Below, one piece after another: positions 18,249 to 24,647 of a DNA stretch of 35,859 bases. Position 1 is the stretch's first letter. Every line of letters starts with the position of its first letter. The notes beneath the pieces were generated by a model. That model made no database searches. It was not told where the DNA came from and saw nothing but the letters and a program-made list of their open reading frames with translations. A program made the position numbers and the translations under genes. The stretch comes from a virus (Duplodnaviria; Caudoviricetes), in IMG/VR virus record IMGVR_UViG_3300025066_000075, positions 1 to 35,859 of that record. One strand, 5' to 3'.

Positions 18249-18437
18249 ATGATTATGAGCAACGTACACAACACAGCACAGGAAGAACACATCATTGATG
18301 AGGTCTACAATGACAACAGTCAAGAGATGCAGTTAATGATTACTGGCGTAATGCTTAGCTTTAGATTAGACAGAGATATGGCTTTAATGAAGATAGCAGA
18401 GATGCGTATACAAGAATGGAGGGAATCACATGACTAA
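18249..18437 (+). CDS. small early hypothetical protein
   Basis: AAGGAGG RBS downstream of the promoter. Confidence 0.65.
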   Translation: MIMSNVHNTAQEEHIIDEVYNDNSQEMQLMITGVMLSFRLDRDMALMKIAEMRIQEWRESHD

Positions 18438-18615
18438 CATAATTCACGCCATTGAGGCATTAGCAATTCTTTGCACCATCTTCATGCCATTTATAATCTA
18501 CAGAGTATGGAGGACAACAGATCAGATTCTATTTGTTCTGTTTGCTAGTCTTTATACTGTCGTCTGTGGGTTTGTTTCAGTCATGGCAATCTATGGTTTT
18601 GTAACTTACCTTTAA
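18430..18615 (+). CDS. small membrane protein (two hydrophobic segments)
   Basis: ALAILCTIFMPFII and ILFVLFASLYTVVCGFVSVMAIYGFV; overlaps the upstream stop; followed by a terminator. Confidence 0.6.
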   Translation: MTNIIHAIEALAILCTIFMPFIIYRVWRTTDQILFVLFASLYTVVCGFVSVMAIYGFVTYL

Positions 18616-18627
18616 AAGTTGCCTCCG

Positions 18628-18658
18628 ATCCCCCGTCAGAAATGGCGGGGGATTTTTT
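18628..18658 (+). terminator. intrinsic terminator
   Basis: ATCCCCCGTCA-GAAA-TGGCGGGGGAT-TTTTT. Confidence 0.85.
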
Positions 18659-18698
18659 ATTGCCCCTTGACTTTTGCCTCCAGCGCAGGCCTACACTT

Positions 18699-18912
18699 TC
18701 TTTTAGATAGAAAAGACAAGCAAGCGCGATGCTTTGCCTAGCCATCGCTTCGCTTTGGCCCGGCATTGCTTGTCTTTCCCCCGCCGAAAAGACAAGCAAG
18801 CAACTTCCTCCCTGGGCAGCAGGCCGTAGTTCTTTTAGATAGAAAAGACAAGCGAGCAGTGGCCTGAAACGCCTCGTCGCTTGTCTTTTCCCGCCCGAAA
18901 AAACAAGCGAGC
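18699..18912 (+). repeat. structured repeat units 2 and 3 (tandem, 132-bp period)
   Basis: TCTTTTAGATAGAAAAGACAAGC(A/G)AGC at 18699 and 18831, each followed by GCTTGTCTTT..-N6-GAAAA(G/A)ACAAGC. Confidence 0.9.
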
Positions 18913-18914
18913 GG

Positions 18915-18944
18915 TTGCACTATGTATGGGATATATGGTATACT
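18915..18944 (+). promoter_or_regulatory. sigma70-type promoter containing TATGGGA
   Basis: TTGCAC-N18-TATACT with TGn extended -10. Confidence 0.65.
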
Positions 18945-18974
18945 GTTCAGGTATTCATAAACAAGGAGATGAAA

Positions 18975-19262
18975 ATGAAACAAATGAACGAAGAAAAGCT
19001 GTTTGAAATAACAGAAGAAGCCGTTGGTAAAATGATAGAGAATCTTCAAGATTCTTTTAAGAAAGAACACAAAACTGTCAATGGTTTCCACATGGTTGAA
19101 TTTTTAACCAAACACTTTATTGGCTACGCTTTGCATGTTTTTGCAGACGACCATGAAGAAAGGCAGATGGTATTAGCGACAATTGCTGAAGCAGTTGCTC
19201 ATGCAATGGCGAACGCATTAGACGATATTACCGACGCAGAGGCAAAACAAATTAAACACTAG
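18975..19262 (+). CDS. small acidic early hypothetical protein
   Basis: AAGGAG RBS at 18963; the track's start at 18915 lies inside the promoter. Confidence 0.7.
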   Translation: MKQMNEEKLFEITEEAVGKMIENLQDSFKKEHKTVNGFHMVEFLTKHFIGYALHVFADDHEERQMVLATIAEAVAHAMANALDDITDAEAKQIKH

Positions 19263-19285
19263 CCTCCTTGTTATTATAGTGTTGG

Positions 19286-19312
19286 AAGGGCCACCGAAAG
19301 GTGGCCTTTTTT
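19286..19312 (+). terminator. intrinsic terminator
   Basis: AAGGGCCACC-GAAA-GGTGGCCTTT-TTT. Confidence 0.85.
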
Positions 19313-19352
19313 ATTACCTATTGCTACATTCCACTCCCCTGCGGTACGCAGC

Positions 19353-19452
19353 TCTTTTAGATAGAAAAGACAAGCAAGCATTAATGCTGTTGTGATGGGT
19401 TGTATCACAACAATGCTTGCTTGTCTTTGGGCGACCGACGGAACAAACTAGC
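19353..19452 (+). repeat. structured repeat unit 4
   Basis: Core at 19353; extended hairpin AAAGACAAGCAAGCAT...TGTTGTGAT...ATCACAACA-ATGCTTGCTTGTCTTT, then GGGCGACCGA. Confidence 0.9.
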
Positions 19453-19481
19453 TTGCATTTGTATGGGATTTTTCGTATAAT
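19453..19481 (+). promoter_or_regulatory. sigma70-type promoter containing TATGGGA
   Basis: TTGCAT-N17-TATAAT. Confidence 0.75.
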
Positions 19482-19592
19482 AATAGAGTGGCTTAGCGTG
19501 CTATGTGTGTCTAGTAGATAGGGCGCGATTAATTGGGGCAATGAAAACACACTACAACCCCAACCTCACAATTTAATAATAAGGAGTACGAT

Positions 19593-20126
19593 ATGGGAAT
19601 GGACGTATATGGATTGAATCCAACAACAACTGCACCAGCTAGACCTGAACATGATGACTTTGATTCTGAGGATTGGAAAGCCTACTTTGATGGGCAATCT
19701 TTATCTGGTCAATACTTTAGGAACAATGTTTGGTGGTGGCGACCGCTTTGGGATTATGTTGCCAACCTTTGTTCTGAGGTTATCACCGAAGAAGATTTTG
19801 ACGCAGGACACCACAACTCTGGGCATGTCATTGACAAAGAACAGTGCGAGTATATCGCTGAACGATTAGCGCACGAACTTTTGAACGGTGGCGCTGAGCA
19901 ATATAAGAAAGACTATGAAAAAGCTCTTTCCGAATTGCCTTTAGAAGAATGTACACTTTGCAACGGCACTGGACAAAGAGATGATGAGTATGTCCAAGGC
20001 GAGTGCAACGGGTGTGATGGTAAAGGAGAACGCAAGAACTTCGATACTAGCTATCCGTTTGACGTGGACAATGTTCGAGAGTTTCACAGCTTTGTCAAGA
20101 ACTGTGGAGGGTTTGAAATCTGCTAA
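19593..20126 (+). CDS. conserved phage early protein with a DnaJ-type CxxCxGxG zinc finger
   Basis: MG.DVYG.NP, YFRNNVWWWRPLW, CTLCNGTG...CNGCDGKG, YPF.V.NV.EF..F...CGGF.IC; TAAGGAG RBS. Confidence 0.75.
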   Translation: MGMDVYGLNPTTTAPARPEHDDFDSEDWKAYFDGQSLSGQYFRNNVWWWRPLWDYVANLCSEVITEEDFDAGHHNSGHVIDKEQCEYIAERLAHELLNGGAEQYKKDYEKALSELPLEECTLCNGTGQRDDEYVQGECNGCDGKGERKNFDTSYPFDVDNVREFHSFVKNCGGFEIC

Positions 20127-20195
20127 GGCTTGAAGTGAGCAGGTGGTTCTGGATCTCGTTAAAGCTATAGCTTCCACCTAGCCACTTCTACCAAG

Positions 20196-20226
20196 AACCC
20201 CCGACAGAAATGTCGGGGGTTTTTTT
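20196..20226 (+). terminator. intrinsic terminator
   Basis: AACCCCCGACA-GAAA-TGTCGGGGGTT-TTTTT. Confidence 0.88.
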
Positions 20227-20271
20227 GTGCCTGATCCAAAACCTGCCGGCAGCTCCTCATCTGGGCAGGTT

Positions 20272-20603
20272 TCTTTAGATAGAAAAGACAAGCAAGCAAG
20301 TCTTTTCTGCCCCGCCGATCGGAGAAGCAGGCAGCTCCAGGGCATCCATATTTTCTTTTAGATAGAAAAGACAAGCAAGCCCACCTGGCAATGCCGTGGG
20401 CCCATTGTCTTTTCTCCCCCCGAAAAAACAAGCAAGCCCAGTGATGAGCTGCCTCCCAGGGGGCCCAGCTCTTTTAGATAGAAAAGACAAGCAAGCAGGC
20501 CCGATGCGCCTCTTCATTGTCTTTTCGCCGACCGGAAAAACAAGCGAGTCCTGCTTCCCTGGGGCCGCTGCGCAGTGTTTTTCCTCAGAAAAGACAAGCA
20601 AGC
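20272..20603 (+). repeat. structured repeat units 5-8 (tandem cluster)
   Basis: Core at 20272, 20354 and 20470; partial AGAAAAGACAAGCAAGC at 20587. Confidence 0.9.
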
Positions 20604-20605
20604 AG

Positions 20606-20625
20606 TTGTCCACAGGATATCCACA
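20606..20625 (+). promoter_or_regulatory. two tandem DnaA-box-like 9-mers
   Basis: TTGTCCACA (20606) and ATATCCACA (20617), each one mismatch from TTATCCACA. Confidence 0.45.
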
Positions 20626-20627
20626 GG

Positions 20628-21029
20628 TTATTCAATGACCTTGGTCCAAGCTTCTTCAAACTCGGACCAAGAACCCTGGTCAAAGGACAAAAGAGCAGGT
20701 GTTTTTAGTCCCTGGACGACCAACGACTCTATTTGATCAGCCGAAAAGAGATACAAGCCATATTTTCTAGGGTACTTCTTCGAGAGACCCTGGACTAAGA
20801 TAAAAGCCGGGGCGTTTTCTCTGAGCTTGTGGTACGCAATTTGATGAGGGGAGAAGGAAACTTTATTACTTTCGGTTACTTTGAGCTCAGCTGTGAAGTA
20901 AACACCCCCTGGAGACACGCCTAAAACATCAGGAATGCCCTGGTTTGTCCATGATTCTATACGAATGAGCTCGAACGACTTTAGATTCGCTCTAACTTTT
21001 TTCCAAAACAAAGATTCTTTTTTCGCCAC
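20628..21029 (-). CDS. VRR-NUC / PD-(D/E)xK nuclease (Holliday-junction-resolvase-like)
   Basis: ES.FW..V, RIES....GIPDVLG, F..ELK, SPHQIA motifs; GTG start at 21029 (track starts 21101). Confidence 0.75.
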   Translation of the reverse strand: MAKKESLFWKKVRANLKSFELIRIESWTNQGIPDVLGVSPGGVYFTAELKVTESNKVSFSPHQIAYHKLRENAPAFILVQGLSKKYPRKYGLYLFSADQIESLVVQGLKTPALLSFDQGSWSEFEEAWTKVIE

Positions 21030-21053
21030 AGTAAGGAAAGTATACCAGAGTAG

Positions 21054-21089
21054 TTGAATATATACGATAGATAGTATATAATTATGGGA
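21054..21089 (+). promoter_or_regulatory. sigma70-type promoter followed by TATGGGA
   Basis: TTGAAT-N17-TATAAT-TATGGGA. Confidence 0.65.
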
Positions 21090-21119
21090 CAATATTAACA
21101 AAATATAAGGGAGTTTAAT

Positions 21120-21785
21120 ATGAAATATAATATTGATAATTTAAATGGAGAAATGCTGGGCCGTGCCTGTGCTTTCGCCGCAAAAGGAGATGTACGATTC
21201 TATTTAAATAGTGTCTACATTGAAAAAAGACCTGCTGGTGGTGTCTACGTTGTTGCCACCAACGGACATTATCTTTGTGTTTATGAAGATAAAGAAGCGT
21301 TGCCTGAAGAAGGGTTTGAAGAGGTTATTTTGGACGTCTATCAACCCAACTCAAAAAAACTGCTTCCTGTTTTCACACAAATGAAAAAAACGGATTCAGA
21401 AAGAGTTGACTTGTTAAACCTAGATGACTCTGAAAATCAGGTACACATAGTCAGAACCGTTGATGAAGAAACTGTGACTGATAGAGTATATGTCCAAAAC
21501 GGACACTACCCAGATTGGCAGCGTGTAATCGACTCTAATCTTAATCTAAACACACCAACTGGTTTTAACACACGATACTTAGCTAAGCTTAAAGACTTCA
21601 TACTTAAAGGGGAGAACAAAAAATTCCCTATTGTGACGCTTGTTGCTGGCAGTAGCGAAGGCTCTAACATCTGGCAATCGGAACACGGTATTGTGATTAT
21701 TATGCCTACAAGAGTTGTTGGAGAGTTTAAAATTAATGAGCTTGTTAAACCAGAAACCGTTGAGTTGGAAGAGGTGGCCCAATGA
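21120..21785 (+). CDS. DNA polymerase III beta-clamp homologue, domains II+III only
   Basis: D.RFYLNSV, VATNGH.L, G.YPDWQRVI, GFN.RYL and C-terminal IIMP.R match DnaN motifs; 221 aa. Confidence 0.7.
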   Translation: MKYNIDNLNGEMLGRACAFAAKGDVRFYLNSVYIEKRPAGGVYVVATNGHYLCVYEDKEALPEEGFEEVILDVYQPNSKKLLPVFTQMKKTDSERVDLLNLDDSENQVHIVRTVDEETVTDRVYVQNGHYPDWQRVIDSNLNLNTPTGFNTRYLAKLKDFILKGENKKFPIVTLVAGSSEGSNIWQSEHGIVIIMPTRVVGEFKINELVKPETVELEEVAQ

Positions 21786-21994
21786 GTAACGGTGCAAAAG
21801 TTAAATGGAGAACGGACGGAAAACATCTGGTTTATCTTGGTTGGGGCAGGGGCAACGTCTCTTTTGAAATGGACGAAGAAACAGGGGAACCTAAAAACTG
21901 GGAAAACCTCAACCCAAGTCCCGACCCCAATGTAAACGACCTACTCATCAGTAGAGCACAGGCTATTTTTAGGAAAGATCAAAATGCTGGCTGA
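21782..21994 (+). CDS. hypothetical protein
   Basis: ATGA coupling, GAGG RBS. Confidence 0.55.
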   Translation: MSNGAKVKWRTDGKHLVYLGWGRGNVSFEMDEETGEPKNWENLNPSPDPNVNDLLISRAQAIFRKDQNAG

Positions 21995-22163
21995 AGAAAT
22001 AAGAGAAAAGCTTACCAAAGAATTGGCTTCTTCCTTAAATAAAATGCGCTGTGCAAAAACAGAATCGTTACAGCACGGCGAATACATTGGACAGGTCTCT
22101 GCTTATACAGAATTGTTGCTTTGGTTAAAAAGACAAAGTATATTAAAAAACGGTAAAAAGTAG
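21984..22163 (+). CDS. hypothetical protein (59 aa)
   Basis: Not in the track: MLAEEIREKLTKELASSLNKMRCAK...KNGKK; fills the operon gap; AGGA RBS. Confidence 0.55.
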   Translation: MLAEEIREKLTKELASSLNKMRCAKTESLQHGEYIGQVSAYTELLLWLKRQSILKNGKK

Positions 22164-22165
22164 AT

Positions 22166-22480
22166 ATGTTTGAACGACACGAAAATAATTTCTTCATTGT
22201 ACACAAGGGAGAGAAACACAAACTAAAAGTTGGCGATCTTTTAAACGTACCCTGGGGAAAGACGAGTAAACAGCTGGCCTGTATAATAAAAATAACTGAA
22301 GCAGGGCTCCACATAAAGAAATACAAAGCCAGCAGTAGAAACTGGTCGAAAGTACCTGTTGTCTTATCAAAAGAACACCAAGAAAAAACAGAGTTTAGTC
22401 CTGGGCAGTTTGCTAACAGAGGTCTTTTAGTTAATAAATACAACTTGGGAGCTTTAATATTGGAGAAAAAGAATGACTAA
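22166..22480 (+). CDS. hypothetical protein
   Basis: Tightly packed in the + strand operon. Confidence 0.55.
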   Translation: MFERHENNFFIVHKGEKHKLKVGDLLNVPWGKTSKQLACIIKITEAGLHIKKYKASSRNWSKVPVVLSKEHQEKTEFSPGQFANRGLLVNKYNLGALILEKKND

Positions 22481-22682
22481 AGTCTGGAGGAAAAAGGAGT
22501 GGGAAGAAATGGAAAAAGAATTAGAGTCTGATCCCGATTTCCATTGGTTTATAAAAGACATGTACACAGAAAACACACTAGAAAGACAACTGGATGGTCG
22601 TACTCCTTTTTTGAACATGTTTGAATACTACAGAACCTATCCAGGTTGGTTAAAAGAGGTTTATAAGAAAAAACGTGGCTGA
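22473..22682 (+). CDS. hypothetical protein
   Basis: GGAG RBS; overlaps neighbours. Confidence 0.55.
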   Translation: MTKVWRKKEWEEMEKELESDPDFHWFIKDMYTENTLERQLDGRTPFLNMFEYYRTYPGWLKEVYKKKRG

Positions 22683-22941
22683 GATTTACGACACTTTTGG
22701 GAAAAAACACGCCATGCCAGATAAAAAACCCGACAAAATTAACCCTCCTTACTATCGAAAAACCATAGAAGTTACCGACTTCATTATAGCTTATGCTTTA
22801 GACTTTCTTGAGGGTAATATTGTAAAATATATTGCTAGATACAAGGATAAGCACAAGAATGGCTTAGAAGATTTATATAAATGCAGATGGTATCTGGATA
22901 AATTAATTGAAGAAAAAGAGCGGGAGCGAAACAATGGTTAA
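22675..22941 (+). CDS. DUF3310 / T7 gp1.7-like nucleotide kinase domain protein
   Basis: D.INPPYY...IEV.DFI......F.EGN.VKY..RY..K...GLEDL.K..WYL.KLI. Confidence 0.8.
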   Translation: MAEIYDTFGKKHAMPDKKPDKINPPYYRKTIEVTDFIIAYALDFLEGNIVKYIARYKDKHKNGLEDLYKCRWYLDKLIEEKERERNNG

Positions 22942-23095
22942 AGAAACACACAAACTTATTCAAGACAATAAGACTAGAGAATATAAACTTGTTAGTAAAA
23001 GCGGGAAGACCATAGAGCTTGGAACAGGTAATTTAAGACAGGCAAAGAAGCGGTCTCTTATATTTCTACAAAACGAGAGGAAAAACAATGCTTAG
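22934..23095 (+). CDS. small basic hypothetical protein
   Basis: ATG 22934 with GGGAG RBS (track starts 22907). Confidence 0.5.
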   Translation: MVKETHKLIQDNKTREYKLVSKSGKTIELGTGNLRQAKKRSLIFLQNERKNNA

Positions 23096-23399
23096 ACTAC
23101 GAACATATTTAGAAGTGGACCAGGCTAATAATTTAATTGATGCCATCAACCAAAACCAACTACACGACTTGCTGCCTTTTCTTAGAATCGGTCTAAAAGG
23201 GGCAAAGAAAAGCTATCGTTTGTGTATTGATTGTCCGATAGACAGTCATCCAAGAATAGCTAACAAACTAGAAGACACTATGGGCCTAACACTTACTTGG
23301 GAAGAATATGACAACGCGACTAAACCAAAAGAAGCTGTTGGAATGACGCCTGAGTTTAAAGAATACGTCGACGAGCTACACAAAAAAACTATTCGGTAA
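23088..23399 (+). CDS. hypothetical protein
   Basis: GAGG RBS; last gene of the operon, convergent with terS. Confidence 0.55.
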   Translation: MLRLRTYLEVDQANNLIDAINQNQLHDLLPFLRIGLKGAKKSYRLCIDCPIDSHPRIANKLEDTMGLTLTWEEYDNATKPKEAVGMTPEFKEYVDELHKKTIR

Positions 23400-23889
23400 A
23401 CTGCGCCTCTTCTGCCTCTAGCAAAGGTTTATAGTCTCCTAACAACTTTTGTATTCTCTGTTTAATCTCGATTTCACTTAACGAATCCAGGCTGCCGGTA
23501 CGAATTTCTTTTCTTTCCACATAAAGACCAGCTGCTCTACCTCTTTGAACCTCGGCTGAAACAGCTGCTGTTAAATTTCCTTTTTCGATAGACATGTCTC
23601 TTATATCTGCAAGCTTTTTAACGTGTCTGCCAAAAGTGACTTCATATTTTTTATCCACCTCCCCCTGGAGCTCTCTTACATAGCGAACAACAAGCGGGTA
23701 TTTTTGTGGGTTTAACAGCTCTGAAGCTCGAACATGAGCGCTCGATTTACCGTACCCAGCAGAAATAGCACACTCGGTTTGGGTTTTTGAGCCGTCGTTA
23801 TAAACAAACTCTTTCGCAAAACGTATTTGTTTTGGCGTCAAATGTTTCTCATTGCGGCCTGATATGTTTCCTGATTTTCCTTTTGGCAT
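23389..23889 (-). CDS. terS: terminase small subunit
   Basis: HTH pattern LTPKQ.RF..E.V......T..E.AI.AGY...SA.V.ASELL, AAV.AE..RG.A.GLY; likely start MPKG at 23889. Confidence 0.75.
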   Translation of the reverse strand: MPKGKSGNISGRNEKHLTPKQIRFAKEFVYNDGSKTQTECAISAGYGKSSAHVRASELLNPQKYPLVVRYVRELQGEVDKKYEVTFGRHVKKLADIRDMSIEKGNLTAAVSAEVQRGRAAGLYVERKEIRTGSLDSLSEIEIKQRIQKLLGDYKPLLEAEEAQFTE

Positions 23890-23930
23890 AATTGAATTAT
23901 ATCCTCTACAGTAAGTTTTAGTAAAGCCTT

Positions 23931-24205
23931 TTTTCACATAACCTACATAACCTGTAACGCACCTCTGTCAGGTTATGTGAAAACCCCTATAAACAAAGGG
24001 TTTCGTCCCAAACGCACCTCCGCACCTCTGTTTTTGAAAAATTTTGCGTATTAGCCTTTTGTAAAATCACAGAATCTCAGGTTCAGGGGATGTGAATATT
24101 CTCTATATAGGAAAACAAGACCCCTTGATTTTAAAGGGTTTCAGCTATACCATACCCCTGTTTTCACATAACTTTCACATAACTTATACAAATTTTTGAG
24201 GTGCG
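23931..24205. repeat. origin-like cluster of short direct and inverted repeats
   Basis: TTTTCACATAACCT/AGGTTATGTGAAAA IR, further (C)ACATAAC copies, CGCACCTC x3 plus inverted GAGGTGCG, CCCCT..AAAGGGTTT x2. Confidence 0.7.
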
Positions 24206-24270
24206 GTGGAGAAACAGCCACTTTACCCTTAGAAATAGACTATTTTTACTTAGAAACAGGAGCAAAACTA

Positions 24271-24474
24271 ATGGAAACAGCCAAAAAACTCTGGAAACTC
24301 ACTAAAAGTCCCTGGTCCTTGGGCCACCGTCAACTCGACGAAGGGATACATTGGGGTTTTCCTTTAGACCCTACACCCTGGATAAAACATATAAGAGAAT
24401 ACGCCATAGCTTACCTTGCCGGTGTGATATATTTGATCGCCACCGCCTCTTTAATATATACAATTTTTTCCTAA
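24271..24474 (+). CDS. small protein with a C-terminal hydrophobic helix
   Basis: AGGAG RBS before ATG 24271; YAIAYLAGVIYLIATASLIYTIF. Confidence 0.5.
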   Translation: METAKKLWKLTKSPWSLGHRQLDEGIHWGFPLDPTPWIKHIREYAIAYLAGVIYLIATASLIYTIFS

Positions 24475-24481
24475 ATATGTG

Positions 24482-24509
24482 TTTACTTTATATTACGGTG
24501 GTGTATAAT
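24482..24509 (+). promoter_or_regulatory. sigma70-type promoter
   Basis: TTTACT-N16-TATAAT. Confidence 0.5.
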
Positions 24510-24647
24510 TCTCTCAAGGTCGGTTGATACTCCTTTAAATTCGGATTCGATCCTAGTTCGTTAGCTCTGGTTTTTTGGTCAATCGACGATAAACATAAGG
24601 CAAAAAACCTAAGCGATAGGATCACTTTAATAAGCAAAGGAAAGAAC

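Noticed and set aside
20439-20490. Hammerhead-like (G)TGATGA...GAAA
   Set aside because: The core is GTGATGA rather than CTGATGA, the stems do not fit, and it is not present in the other units.
17361-20603. Repeat family read as a CRISPR mini-array
   Set aside because: Spacing is irregular (82-132 bp in tandem, with genes between clusters), the inter-repeat DNA contains its own conserved boxes and hairpins, and there are no cas genes in the window.
20165-20708. Track ORFs across the repeat clusters (20165..20431, 20275..20613, 20396..20638, 20517..20708; also 18581..18799, 18738..19091, 19314..19550)
   Set aside because: They are translations of the repeat (ACLSFLSKR, LACLFYLK), have no RBS, and overlap terminators and promoters.
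24515-24575. tRNA-like GGATTCGATCC / GTTCG words
   Set aside because: No cloverleaf, acceptor stem or CCA could be built; the region is better explained by the long leader hairpin.
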